From Candidatus Nanopelagicales bacterium (GTDB lineage: Bacteria > Actinomycetota > Actinomycetes > S36-B12), in contig JANRCR010000040.1 in assembly GCA_030726915.1 (NCBI GenBank), forward strand, positions 49,897 to 113,896: a stretch of DNA of 64,000 nucleotides, in the 5' to 3' direction. The notes under the pieces are model-generated. The model was not told where the DNA came from. It did no database searches and was given only the letters and a program-made list of their open reading frames with translations. Shown in pieces: positions 38,633 to 48,261 of this stretch. A program made the position numbers and the translations under genes. The first letter of the stretch is position 1. The number at the start of each line of letters is the position of its first letter.

Positions 38633-40054
38633 ATGATGACCGCAACCACCAGCCCGGCCGTGACCTACCCGGCCAACGACCCGAATACCTGGCGCACTCT
38701 GCCGGCTACGTCAACACCGTTGGATGAGGCTCGCGTCCAGGGTTTGCTGGCCGCCGAATGGGAGCGCTTCACCGCGCAGACTCCCGGCTCGGCAGCGCAT
38801 CATGCGCGCGCTCTGTCACCACTGCCCCTGGGTGTCCCGTCGTCGTTCCAGTACTGGGATCCGTACCCCATCGCCATTGATTCGGCCCGGGGTGCCTGGC
38901 TTACCGATGTCGATGGACGTCAACTCCTGGATCTCTCCATGGGCTTTGGTGCCATGTTGGTGGGTCATCTCAATCCCGTGGTGATGCAGGCCGTGCGCAA
39001 TGCACTTGATGTCGGGACCCTCTTTGTCACACCGTCGCCGTCCGCCACCGAGGTCGCCGAGCGATACCAGCAGCGCTTCGACATCGATCAGGTGAGGTTT
39101 GCCAACTCGGGCACGGAGGCCGACATGTATGCCGTGCGCACAGCCCGGGCGTACACCGGTCGCAGGGCCATCGTGAAGATCGAGGGGGGATATCACGGGG
39201 GATACGACGGCCTGAGTGTCTCGGTCAAGCCCACGGTAGAGGAGGCCGGACCCGAGAACGCACCCGTTCCGGTGACCCCCTTCGAGGTGGAGGCGGGCAC
39301 CGTTTATGTGGTGCCCTACAACGACCTGGAGCGGTTGGGCGTGATCCTTGCCGACCATGGCTCCGAGATTGCCGCCGTTGTGATGGAGCCGGTCCTGGAA
39401 AACATCGGCATCGTTTTGCCGGACGAGGGTTACCTTGCCGGCGTACGGGCTGCCTGCGACGCCCACGGCGTCCTGCTGGTCTTCGATGAGGTCAAGACGG
39501 GCCTGACAGCCGGCTACGGCGGTGCCTCCCAGCGCCTGGGGGTGACACCCGACCTCGTGACACTGGCCAAGAGCATTGGCGGTGGGCTGCCGCTGGCTGC
39601 CTTCGGTGGGCGCCGAGAGGTCATGGAGACCATCTCAGACTGGCGGATGCCGCATTTCGGCACATACAACGGCAACCCGCTCGTCATGGCGGCAGCCCTG
39701 GCTGTCGATGACATCTGCACCCATGAGGCGCTCGCGGCGGCTGAGGCGGTCAACAACGGTGCCCTGACGGCATCCGATGCCATCATCGCGGCGTACGACC
39801 TGCCCGCCCACACGGTCGGCTTCGGGGTCAAGGGGGCCATCACCTGGTCACCGAGCCCCGTCCGCAATTACCGGGACTACAAGCGCACCGACTTCGGCAT
39901 TGCCGAGCTCAGTTGGCTCTGGGGTGTCAACCGTGGGGTCTTGACCCCACCCGGACTGGATGAGCAGTGGCTGGTCTCACTCGCCCACACTCCGGCGGAT
40001 ATGAATCTCCTCGTGGAGCACTTCGCTGAGCTCGCCGAGGCTGTGCGCGCCTGA
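38633..40054 (+). CDS. Class-III (GSA aminomutase-like) PLP-dependent aminotransferase
   Basis: 473 aa. Motifs FANSGTEADMYAVRTAR, FDEVKTG and PLP-Lys in LAKSIGGG. Confidence 0.87.
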   Translation: MMTATTSPAVTYPANDPNTWRTLPATSTPLDEARVQGLLAAEWERFTAQTPGSAAHHARALSPLPLGVPSSFQYWDPYPIAIDSARGAWLTDVDGRQLLDLSMGFGAMLVGHLNPVVMQAVRNALDVGTLFVTPSPSATEVAERYQQRFDIDQVRFANSGTEADMYAVRTARAYTGRRAIVKIEGGYHGGYDGLSVSVKPTVEEAGPENAPVPVTPFEVEAGTVYVVPYNDLERLGVILADHGSEIAAVVMEPVLENIGIVLPDEGYLAGVRAACDAHGVLLVFDEVKTGLTAGYGGASQRLGVTPDLVTLAKSIGGGLPLAAFGGRREVMETISDWRMPHFGTYNGNPLVMAAALAVDDICTHEALAAAEAVNNGALTASDAIIAAYDLPAHTVGFGVKGAITWSPSPVRNYRDYKRTDFGIAELSWLWGVNRGVLTPPGLDEQWLVSLAHTPADMNLLVEHFAELAEAVRA

Positions 40055-40069
40055 TCCCTCCCCACAGGG

Positions 40070-40099
40070 ATGTCTAAATCCGATAACGGACATTATGTC
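40070..40099. other. AT-rich patch with three ATGTC/GACAT half-sites (ATGTC-N14-GACAT-T-ATGTC) between convergent genes
   Basis: Read directly. It could be a small bidirectional terminator hairpin or a protein-binding site. There is no U-tract. Confidence 0.25.
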
Positions 40100-40127
40100 A
40101 GATCAGAGTGGCGTGGGCCCTCCTCCG

Positions 40128-41723
40128 TTACTCGGTCGGCGCCACGGAGTCCGGTGGACGGTGCTCGCGTCGACGGCCCTGGAGGGCGCTGAGTTGCAGG
40201 TCCAGGTCATGCATCGCCGGCCGGACCACCGCATCAGGTGTGCCTGCCTCGCGCAGACGCAGGAGCTCTGACTGCTGAGCGCGCAGGACAGCCAGCTCGA
40301 GGCGATGACCATCCGTCACAGTCTGTGCATCCTCTGCGGCATTGTCGCCCTCGTGAAGTTCCGCCATGAGTCGCAGGCGAAGCCCCTCCTCCACGCCCGG
40401 TGGCAGACGATCATGGCGGTCCGCTGCCTCGCGCACGGCCTCATCTAGCGCTTCAAGACCTCGCGTGGCGAGTGCGGCTCGCACGGCTCTCTTGTCCTCG
40501 TCGAGCACATCGGGCTGCAGTCGGACAGCTCGTGCGACGAATCCGAGGGTGGGTGACAGTGCGAGTGTGGCCGCGATGACGAGGAAGGTCGTGGCCTGCA
40601 GCAATCGGCTCTGGTCCACCAGGGCCTCCAGCCCCACGCCCAGGGGCAGTGAGAAGGCCGCCAATCCCGAGACGGGGCCGCGCGTGCCTGCCCAGGCAAG
40701 GACAACGGCCTCGCGCCACCCCAGGCGGCCGTCCCCGTGTCCCGACACCAGGACGTATCCCATGACAAAAACCATGCGTGTGATGAGGAGGGCGAGCAGG
40801 ACGCTCACAACCAGGGCGGGAAGGATCAGGCGCTCCTCCCCCGGCAGGGCCAAAATTGTTGTGGGGAGTTCAAGCCCGACAAGGAAGAAGGCAGCCGCCG
40901 TCAGGATGAAGGTGATTTGACGCCACACCGCTACGGATGAACGACGTCCCTCAAATCGTTGCTGCGTCAGCATGGAGTTGGCGACGATCAACGCGGTGGC
41001 GACGACGGCGAGAATCCCGGAGCCGCCCACCTCCTCGGCTACGTAGTAGACGGGGAAGGGAGCGATGAGCACCAGGGCGTTAGCGACGGTTTGGTCTGAT
41101 CCTCGGCGTATAACCCACGCGAGGATCAATCCGGCGCCCACCCCGACGGCCAGACCTCCCACCACGGACTGAAACAAGATGAGTGCGATGTCCCCGCCGG
41201 ACACCGTTCCGGCGGCAGCGGCGGCGAGTGCGACACGCAGGAGTGTGAGTCCGGTGCCATCGTTGACCAGGCTTTCGCCCTCCAGGATCGTCACAACCCG
41301 ACGTGGGAGGGCGACCCGTCGGGCAATGTTGGCCACGGCGACCGCATCGGTGGGCGACAGGATGGCACCCAGGGCAAAGGCCATGGCCAGTGGCAAACCC
41401 GGGACCAACACCGTGGCAACGGCACCCACCACCACGGAGGAGACGATGACGAGTCCGACCGCGAGAGCAAAAATTGGCCGACGAAATCGACGAAAATCCA
41501 CGTACGACCCGGAGAGTGCCTCGCCGAAGACCAGGGGGGCGAGGATGAGCAGGAACACCTCGCCCGCGTCATCCGGTGCTGATGGCCCGAAGGGCAGGAG
41601 ACCCACGATGACACCGGCAGTCACCACGGGGATCGCCACTCCCCACCCTCGCCAACGGGCGAATCCCGCCACAGCGATGGCTACGAGGAGACCCGCCAAG
41701 AGCCCCTCGCTCAGATCAATCAC
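40128..41723 (-). CDS. Cation:proton antiporter (Na+/H+ exchanger family) with C-terminal cytoplasmic domain
   Basis: 531 aa. About 400 aa are polytopic, followed by a roughly 130-aa soluble tail rich in helical, charged sequence. Confidence 0.87.
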   Translation of the reverse strand: MIDLSEGLLAGLLVAIAVAGFARWRGWGVAIPVVTAGVIVGLLPFGPSAPDDAGEVFLLILAPLVFGEALSGSYVDFRRFRRPIFALAVGLVIVSSVVVGAVATVLVPGLPLAMAFALGAILSPTDAVAVANIARRVALPRRVVTILEGESLVNDGTGLTLLRVALAAAAAGTVSGGDIALILFQSVVGGLAVGVGAGLILAWVIRRGSDQTVANALVLIAPFPVYYVAEEVGGSGILAVVATALIVANSMLTQQRFEGRRSSVAVWRQITFILTAAAFFLVGLELPTTILALPGEERLILPALVVSVLLALLITRMVFVMGYVLVSGHGDGRLGWREAVVLAWAGTRGPVSGLAAFSLPLGVGLEALVDQSRLLQATTFLVIAATLALSPTLGFVARAVRLQPDVLDEDKRAVRAALATRGLEALDEAVREAADRHDRLPPGVEEGLRLRLMAELHEGDNAAEDAQTVTDGHRLELAVLRAQQSELLRLREAGTPDAVVRPAMHDLDLQLSALQGRRREHRPPDSVAPTE

Positions 41724-41732
41724 GCGACGAGG

Positions 41733-44594
41733 CTACCGCGCAACCCCGGCCAACTCCTCGGGTGACGGACATGCGCACACCAGGTTGCGGTCTCCGTACG
41801 CACCATCGACGCGACGTACCGGAGGCCAGTACTTTGCCGATGCCTGCACTCCGGGTGGGTAGACCGCCGTACGCCGGTCATAGGGATACGTCCAGTCACG
41901 GACGAGACACTCAGCCGTATGTGGTGCATGTCGCAGTGGACTGTCCTCGGCGGTCCACTCCCCCGACTCCACGCGATCAATCTCCGCCCGGATACTCAGC
42001 ATCGCCTGACAGAATCTGTCGAGCTCGGCCAGGCTTTCGCTCTCGGTCGGCTCCACCATGAGGGTGCCCGCCACGGGGAAGGACATGGTCGGGGCGTGGA
42101 ACCCGTAGTCGATGAGGCGTTTGGCAATGTCATCCACGGTGACTCCCGTGGCCTTGGTGATGGGCCGAATGTCCAGGATGCACTCGTGGGCGACCCGTCC
42201 GTTGTCCCCCGTGTAGAGAATGGGATAGGCCGCACCCAGTCGCTGAGCGATGTAGTTCGCGGACAGAATGGCCACGGAGGTGGCGTGTGTGAGTCCCTCC
42301 GCCCCCATCATGCGCAGATAGGCGTAGGGAACAGGCAGGATGCCCGCGGATCCCCAGGGGGCTCCGCTCACCGGTCCGACTCCCCCGGGGATGTCGGGTG
42401 GACCGGCCGCTGGCTGGAGGGGATGAGTGGGCAGGAAGGGGGCGAGGTGGGCTCGTACTCCGATGGGTCCCACGCCTGGTCCGCCACCCCCATGTGGGAT
42501 GCAGAAGGTCTTGTGCAGATTCAGGTGCGATACATCCGCGCCGAATCGACCCGGTCTGGCCAGCCCGACGAGCGCATTCAGGTTGGCTCCATCGACGTAG
42601 ACCTGACCACCCGCATCGTGCACCCGAGCGCAGATATCACCCACGGATGACTCGAAAACACCGTGCGTTGAGGGGTACGTGATCATCAGCGCTGCGAGCT
42701 GTCCGGCATTCTCGGTGATCTTGGTCTGCAGATCGTCCACATCGACATTGCCGTGCTCATCACAACCCACTACGAGGACCCGCATGCCGGCCATCACGGC
42801 ACTCGCCGCATTGGTGCCATGAGCGCTGCTGGGGATGAGACACAGGTCGCGCTGGGCCTCCCCCCTGCTGCGGTGATAGGCCCGGATGGCCAGGAGCCCG
42901 GCGAACTCACCCTGACTCCCGGCATTGGGCTGCACACTCACGGCGTCGTAACCGGTGACCTCGCACAGCATGGACTGAAGGGCACCGATGAGTTCGACGT
43001 ACCCCTGCACCTGATCCAGGGGCGCAAAAGGATGAATATCGGCAAATTCGGGCCAGGTGATCGGCTCCATTTCTGTTGTGGCGTTGAGCTTCATCGTGCA
43101 TGAGCCCAGGGGAATCATGGATCGATCCAGGGCAAGATCTTGATCGGACAGGCGCCGGAGATACCTCAGCATCTGCGTCTCACTGCGGTGGTCGTGGAAG
43201 GTGGGATGGGCCAGATAGGGAGAGGTCCGCCGAAGATTCATCGGCAGGTCTCGCGCAGTCGGGTCAATCGTGGGGACCGAGGTCGCCCCCCACGCCTCAA
43301 GGAGTCGGCGTACGTCATCGCTGGTTGTTGTCTCATCGACCGTCACGCTGACGGTGTCCACGTCCACGCGCCGGATGTTGATGCCCCGATCGAGGGCCGC
43401 TGCGACGAGTGCATCGGCACCGCCGGCACGATGGATGCGCACCGTATCGAAGAAGCAATTAGCAACGACCCGCAGACCCATGTCGTTGCAACCGGCAGCG
43501 ACCTGGAGCGCATGAGCACGTACGCGATCAGCGATGGCACGAAGTCCCTCGGGACCGTGGTAGGCGACATACATGGCAGCGACCACGGCCAGCAGCACCT
43601 GGGCCGTGCAAATGTTGCTCGTCGCGCGTTCACGGCGAATGTGCTGCTCACGTGTTTGCAGGGCCAGTCGATATGCGGGGACCCCGTCGGCATCGACAGA
43701 GACGCCGACGAGTCGACCGGGAAGTGAACGCTCGAGTCCACCGCGAACGCTCATGAATCCAGCGTGCGGCCCGCCAAAACCGAGCGGTACACCAAAGCGC
43801 TGAGCCGAACCAATGCAGATGTCGGCGCCCAGCTCCCCCGGTGGGGTGAGCATGGTCAGCGCGAGCAGGTCGGTCGCGACAACACTTCCGCAGTCGAGGT
43901 CGCCCAGACCTGCGAGGAGGGCACCGATATCGGATATGGCGCCGGACGATCCCGGGTAGGACACCAGGACACCGAAGACATCATCAGACAGCGAATCCAG
44001 GATGTCGTCGCGTCGACGAATGTCGACCACGATGCCCATGGGCTCGGCACGCGTCCGGAGGACCGCAATCGTCTGCGGATGGGTGTCCTCATCAACGATG
44101 AACCGCGATCCCGCATGCACGCGGTGCAGGAGTCCCATGCCCTCCGCGGCAGCGGTGGGCTCATCCAGAAGGCTGGCGGGCGCGACAGGGAGCCCCGTCA
44201 GGTCCTCAATCACCGTCTGGAAGACCAGGAGCGCCTCAAGCCGACCCTGACTGATCTCGGGTTGATAGGGCGTGTACGCCGTATACCACGCGGGTGACTC
44301 CACAACGTTACGCCGGATGACCGCGGGTGTTATGCAATCGGTGTAGCCAAGTCCAATGAACGATGTCAGGACACGATTGCGGCCTGCGATGTCGCGAAGT
44401 TCGGCCGTGAGCTCAGGCTCGCTACGTGGTGCGTCAAGATTCAATCCGGTGGTCAATCGGATGGACTCCGGAACAACAGCATCGAGGAAACTACTCAACG
44501 TCGGGAAGCCGACTGCTGAGAGCATCGTCTGGATGTCAGCGGCACCTGGACCGACATGACGATCGACGAATGAGATGGAACGAGGTGCGATCAT
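41733..44594 (-). CDS. gcvP: Glycine dehydrogenase (aminomethyl-transferring), P protein
   Basis: ORF 41733..44723 trimmed to the ATG at 44594 ([17 protein letters not shown]), because the longer ORF runs into the riboswitch aptamer. PLP-Lys motif [19 protein letters not shown]. Confidence 0.94.
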   Translation of the reverse strand: MIAPRSISFVDRHVGPGAADIQTMLSAVGFPTLSSFLDAVVPESIRLTTGLNLDAPRSEPELTAELRDIAGRNRVLTSFIGLGYTDCITPAVIRRNVVESPAWYTAYTPYQPEISQGRLEALLVFQTVIEDLTGLPVAPASLLDEPTAAAEGMGLLHRVHAGSRFIVDEDTHPQTIAVLRTRAEPMGIVVDIRRRDDILDSLSDDVFGVLVSYPGSSGAISDIGALLAGLGDLDCGSVVATDLLALTMLTPPGELGADICIGSAQRFGVPLGFGGPHAGFMSVRGGLERSLPGRLVGVSVDADGVPAYRLALQTREQHIRRERATSNICTAQVLLAVVAAMYVAYHGPEGLRAIADRVRAHALQVAAGCNDMGLRVVANCFFDTVRIHRAGGADALVAAALDRGINIRRVDVDTVSVTVDETTTSDDVRRLLEAWGATSVPTIDPTARDLPMNLRRTSPYLAHPTFHDHRSETQMLRYLRRLSDQDLALDRSMIPLGSCTMKLNATTEMEPITWPEFADIHPFAPLDQVQGYVELIGALQSMLCEVTGYDAVSVQPNAGSQGEFAGLLAIRAYHRSRGEAQRDLCLIPSSAHGTNAASAVMAGMRVLVVGCDEHGNVDVDDLQTKITENAGQLAALMITYPSTHGVFESSVGDICARVHDAGGQVYVDGANLNALVGLARPGRFGADVSHLNLHKTFCIPHGGGGPGVGPIGVRAHLAPFLPTHPLQPAAGPPDIPGGVGPVSGAPWGSAGILPVPYAYLRMMGAEGLTHATSVAILSANYIAQRLGAAYPILYTGDNGRVAHECILDIRPITKATGVTVDDIAKRLIDYGFHAPTMSFPVAGTLMVEPTESESLAELDRFCQAMLSIRAEIDRVESGEWTAEDSPLRHAPHTAECLVRDWTYPYDRRTAVYPPGVQASAKYWPPVRRVDGAYGDRNLVCACPSPEELAGVAR

Positions 44595-44644
44595 CAGTGC
44601 CCCCAGCGACGCAGCAGGACGAGCGCACGGCATACGCCCGACCC

Positions 44645-44826
44645 CCTCTGGTCTCGCGGGCACCGCGACCTGAGAGTTTTCGTCGGTTGCCCGACTTTCA
44701 CCTTCGGTGGGGTGGCGAACCACCCTCTCTCCAGAGTTGCCTCCCGCACACGGTCCAGGGGCCTGAGAGTTTCCGGGGTGGTTGCTCCTTCGGCGCCCGG
44801 GTCACCCCGGGACTCTCCCGTGCACA
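44645..44826 (-). promoter_or_regulatory. Tandem glycine riboswitch (two aptamers) in the gcvP 5' leader
   Basis: The minus-strand RNA reads GCACGGGAGAGUCCCGGGGUGACCCGGGCGCCGAAGGAGCAACCACCCCGGAAACUCUCAGGCCCCUGGACCGUGUGC, then CUCUGGAGAGAGGGUGGUUCGCCACCCCACCGAAGGUGAAAGUCGGGCAACCGACGAAAACUCUCAGGUCGCGGUGCCCGCGAGACCAGAG. Both aptamers carry the GGAGAG, (C/G)CCGAAGG and CUCUCAGG cores and a closing P1. Confidence 0.9.
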
Positions 44827-44874
44827 GTCCAACAGCAAGCCAAGACTAGCTCACTGTGCGGTCAAGAGCGTCAT

Positions 44875-45492
44875 TCACACAGCGGCGTGCCGGGCCACCC
44901 TGCGGATTGTGAGCTCATCGGCCTCGGCCGATGCCGCCACGCTCCCATCAGCGCGCTCCCCCGGCATGGTGGCGAGTTGGCCCGCCACCTCCTGCCAGAC
45001 ACGACCGATAGCAATGCCAAACACGCCCTGGCCACCACGGACAAGGTCGATGACCTCATCTTCGCTGCGGCACTCGTAGATGGATGCCCCGTCACTCATC
45101 AACGTCATCCGGGACAAATCCTCAGCACCGCGCTCACCCAGATGCTCGACTGCGGCCCGGATATTGGCCAGGGATACACCTGTATCAATCAGCCGCTTCA
45201 CGATGCGCAGGACCAGAATGTCTCTGAAGGCGTACAGCCGCTGGCTCCCCGATCCATTGGCCGGACGGATACTCGGCTCGACCAGACCGGTGCGTGCCCA
45301 GTAGTCGAGCTGGCGGTAGGTGATGCCCGCAGCCGTGCAGGCCACCGGACCGCGATACCCCAGGTGCACGGCTGCCGCCACGAATCCGTCGTTGGGGAAG
45401 AGCGAGGGCTGGTCAACCGTTGTGGGGATCGGCGTGGCGCTCGGTGTCTCATCAGGTAGGCGCATTGACGTTCCCACCGCCTTCCTGATCAT
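44875..45492 (-). CDS. MerR family transcriptional regulator
   Basis: ORF 44875..45546. The start is uncertain (TTG 45546, ATG 45492 or ATG 45465). HTH region ITYRQLDYWARTGLVEPS...SGSQRLYAFRDILVLRIV. It is a member of the conserved gcvH-garA-MerR-nuclease-MerR block. Confidence 0.8.
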   Translation of the reverse strand: MIRKAVGTSMRLPDETPSATPIPTTVDQPSLFPNDGFVAAAVHLGYRGPVACTAAGITYRQLDYWARTGLVEPSIRPANGSGSQRLYAFRDILVLRIVKRLIDTGVSLANIRAAVEHLGERGAEDLSRMTLMSDGASIYECRSEDEVIDLVRGGQGVFGIAIGRVWQEVAGQLATMPGERADGSVAASAEADELTIRRVARHAAV

Positions 45493-45561
45493 GGGCCCCA
45501 AACGGGAGCGGAATGCCACGGTAGGGCTCACGTCGGACCGGGTCAATGCGACCCGCCGTGG

Positions 45562-46032
45562 TCATGAGCCCTTACCGAAATCCTCCGGTGTGATCTGGTC
45601 GAGAAACTCACGAAACTTCTCTACCTCGTCTTCTTCCTCGTCAGGGATCAGCACCCCGGCCTCATCAAAAATCTCATCCGCGACGAAGACCGTGCTCCCC
45701 GCGCGCAGGGCCACGGCGATGGCGTCGCTGGGTCGGGCCTCAATGACGATGCCACCCTCCAGGTGCATTTCAGCAAAAAACACCCCGCCATCCAGCGTGG
45801 TGATGTGGACTTCCTTGAGGGTGTGCCCGAGCGCGTCAATGACGTTGCGCAGGAGATCATGGGTGAGTGGCCGGGGTGGGACAACACCTTGTTGAACGTA
45901 GGCAATCGCTGTTGCCTCCGTCGCACCAATCCAAATGGGCAGGTAGCGATCACCATCGGTCTCGCGAAGAAGCACGATGGGCTGATTGGTCGGCATCTCG
46001 ACCCTGACCCCGAGCACCTCAACGCGTTTCAT
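45562..46032 (-). CDS. Bifunctional nuclease family protein (DUF151)
   Basis: Trimmed from ORF 45562..46362 to the ATG at 46032: MKRVEVLGVRVEMPTNQPIVLLRETDGDRYLPIWIGATEATAIA... Confidence 0.88.
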   Translation of the reverse strand: MKRVEVLGVRVEMPTNQPIVLLRETDGDRYLPIWIGATEATAIAYVQQGVVPPRPLTHDLLRNVIDALGHTLKEVHITTLDGGVFFAEMHLEGGIVIEARPSDAIAVALRAGSTVFVADEIFDEAGVLIPDEEEDEVEKFREFLDQITPEDFGKGS

Positions 46033-46063
46033 CGCCTGCTCCGGACACCACGCCGCACTACGC

Positions 46064-46711
46064 TCATGACTCGAGGGTAGACGACCGTTGACGAAGCAGT
46101 GCAACATGGAGGTCAAGCAGGAGGGCAAGAAGTCGCGCACCCTCTTCTCGCACCTCAGCAGAGGATAAACTCCCCGTGAGCGGGGCCAAGGCCTGCCCAA
46201 CGAGGCCGATCTCGCGGTCAGCGGCAACCCGGAATGACCGCAAATGGCGTGGTTCGATCCCATACGTGCGCAGGCGTGCCACGGCTCGGCCCACGTCGAC
46301 GGCCGACGTGTCCAGACCGATAACGAGCCCAAAGGACTGCAACTCCTCGAGGGTGCTCTCACTAATCCCGGACTGGTGCGCCACCTCCGACGGGCTCAGC
46401 GAACGTTGCCGGGATCGGCGCAGCCGGGACGTGGCGATGGACGTGACCTCGGTGTCAGCGTCGGGTGTCAGCAGGCGTTCCTTGATCACCGAGAGCGGGA
46501 GGAATTCATCGCGCTGCAGGTGCAGGATCCGGCGAAGAGTCGAGATGTCCTGCGCGGAGTAACGGCGACTTCCTCGCGCAGTGCGTTGAGGTTGGATTAA
46601 GCCCTGTGTCTCAAGATATCGAATCTTGGACACAGAGACGTCCGGGAATTCCCCGTGAAGTTGACCCACAACCACCCCGATAGGGACCAACGTGACCCCC
46701 TCGTTCGTCAC
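46064..46711 (-). CDS. MerR family transcriptional regulator
   Basis: The GTG at 46711 forms a GTGA overlap with the garA stop. HTH region VSKIRYLETQGLIQPQRTARGSRRYSAQDISTLRRILHLQ. Confidence 0.85.
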   Translation of the reverse strand: MTNEGVTLVPIGVVVGQLHGEFPDVSVSKIRYLETQGLIQPQRTARGSRRYSAQDISTLRRILHLQRDEFLPLSVIKERLLTPDADTEVTSIATSRLRRSRQRSLSPSEVAHQSGISESTLEELQSFGLVIGLDTSAVDVGRAVARLRTYGIEPRHLRSFRVAADREIGLVGQALAPLTGSLSSAEVREEGARLLALLLDLHVALLRQRSSTLES

Positions 46712-47184
46712 GACGGCGACCCGGTGGCCCCCCCGACCAAATACACAAAGCGGTACTTGCCGATCTGCACCTCGTCACCCGCCACGAGCGCAACCTCCTC
46801 GATGCGCTGTCGATTGACATACGTGCCGTTAAGGCTCCCCACGTCGCGCAGGAGCCAGCCGTCGGCCATCCGCCTCATGTCGGCGTGGCGCCTGCTCACC
46901 GTGACGTCATCGAGGAAAAGATCGGAGTCGGGCTCACGGCCCGCCGTCACCACATCGCCGGTGAGCAGGTACGAAACGCCCTCGTTCATGCCCCGGCGGA
47001 CCACCAGGACGGCTTCACCCGCTCCCACGCCGGCGGCCAGCCCCGAGCCCACCGCCGGGAGTGATCCTGTTGAGGCGGGACCCCCCAGACCGACGGAGGT
47101 TACGTCGGTGACCACTTCAGCACCGCATACGCGACAGAAGCGATCGTCGACATCCACCGGATGCTCGCACCCTGACGCACTCAT
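46708..47184 (-). CDS. garA: FHA-domain regulator GarA/OdhI-like, with extra N-terminal Cys/His cluster
   Basis: ATGA overlap with the gcvH stop. The FHA core GREPDSDLFLDDVTVSRRHA...VGSLNGTYVNRQ...GDEVQIGKYRFVYL is very close to GarA. A Thr-rich TDVTSV motif lies upstream. The N-terminus is CEHPVDVDDRFCRVCG. Confidence 0.87.
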   Translation of the reverse strand: MSASGCEHPVDVDDRFCRVCGAEVVTDVTSVGLGGPASTGSLPAVGSGLAAGVGAGEAVLVVRRGMNEGVSYLLTGDVVTAGREPDSDLFLDDVTVSRRHADMRRMADGWLLRDVGSLNGTYVNRQRIEEVALVAGDEVQIGKYRFVYLVGGATGSPS

Positions 47185-47558
47185 ACGTCGCCAATCAGCC
47201 CGCGGTAGGCGGCGGAATCCAGGGTGGGTGAGCCCTCGCCCGTCAAGCGAACCTCAACCATCCACCCGTCGCCGTACGGCGCGGTGTTGACGGTCTCTGG
47301 GGAGTCAGTCAACGCGACATTCACCGCGACAACCTCCCCGCTCACAGGTGCGAAGATCTCGCTCACACTTTTGGTTGATTCAACCTCTCCACACGGTGCA
47401 CCCGCGCTGAGTACTTGGCCAACGCGCGGGAGGTCCACATACACGATGTCTCCCAGGGCATCCTGAGCGTAGTGAGTGATTCCAAAGGTCACAGTGCCGT
47501 CGCCCGTGGACCGGATCCACTCGTGCTCGGCCGTGTACAGCAGATCCTCGGGGACCAT
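47181..47558 (-). CDS. gcvH: Glycine cleavage system H protein
   Basis: 125 aa with the lipoyl-lysine region GEVESTKSVSEIFAPVSG. Confidence 0.95.
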   Translation of the reverse strand: MVPEDLLYTAEHEWIRSTGDGTVTFGITHYAQDALGDIVYVDLPRVGQVLSAGAPCGEVESTKSVSEIFAPVSGEVVAVNVALTDSPETVNTAPYGDGWMVEVRLTGEGSPTLDSAAYRGLIGDV

Positions 47559-47640
47559 GGGACCTCCTCAGCGCATCTTCGATCGGTGCATGCCTCATGC
47601 CGCACGTGCATGAACGGCCCCTCAGACCGCTGGATGGAAT

Positions 47641-48261
47641 CTAGTCGTCCGCGCTCTGGGCTTCAAGGACGGTGCCGTGGGGACCGTGCTTCGCGATGCG
47701 ACGCATTTGATCGACGTAGAGCAGAGCCGCATACCAGTACAGGGCGGTGCCCCAGATCACAAAGGCCCAGCCCAGGGCCCCGAGAACCTGTTCCCAGGTC
47801 GCCGACCCAGCACCCACCAGGACGAAGGGAAAGCCCCAGTAGAGGGCAAAGGTGGCCGCCTTGCCGAGGTAGTGCACGGGCAGGGCTAGGAGCCCGTGGC
47901 GGCGTAGTCGCGGGACGAGCAGCAGGAGGAGGACCTCCCGAGCGACGAGAAGGCCGACAAGCCACCACGGGATGAGATCCCGCAGTGCCAGGCCCACGAG
48001 TGTCGCCGCAACGGTCACACGGTCCACCAGGGGATCGAGCAGGCGACCGAGGTGGGTTATCTGCCCCGTTGCGCGAGCGATCAGCCCATCGGCCCAATCG
48101 GTGATCCCCGATACCGCGAGGACAGCCACGGCGGCCATGTCGGCTTGCTCCACGAGGATGAGCCAGAGAAAAAGGGGAATCAGCAGCAGTCGCAGGACGC
48201 TCAGGGCATTGGGAACCGTGAGGATGCGGTCCTCGCCGTCGCGAGCATCCCGTGCGGTCAC
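47641..48261 (-). CDS. pgsA: CDP-alcohol phosphatidyltransferase family protein
   Basis: 206 aa, GTG start. Signature DWADGLIARATGQITHLGRLLDPLVDR. The symbol is assigned by synteny with the gcvH-proximal pgsA2 of mycobacteria and is tentative. Confidence 0.85.
   Translation of the reverse strand: MTARDARDGEDRILTVPNALSVLRLLLIPLFLWLILVEQADMAAVAVLAVSGITDWADGLIARATGQITHLGRLLDPLVDRVTVAATLVGLALRDLIPWWLVGLLVAREVLLLLLVPRLRRHGLLALPVHYLGKAATFALYWGFPFVLVGAGSATWEQVLGALGWAFVIWGTALYWYAALLYVDQMRRIAKHGPHGTVLEAQSADD

Noticed and set aside
47559-47640. Second glycine riboswitch upstream of gcvH
   Set aside because: The 82-nt region lacks the GGAGAG, CCGAAGG and CUCUCAGG cores. It contains only short GTGCATG/CACGTG repeats and is too short for even one aptamer.
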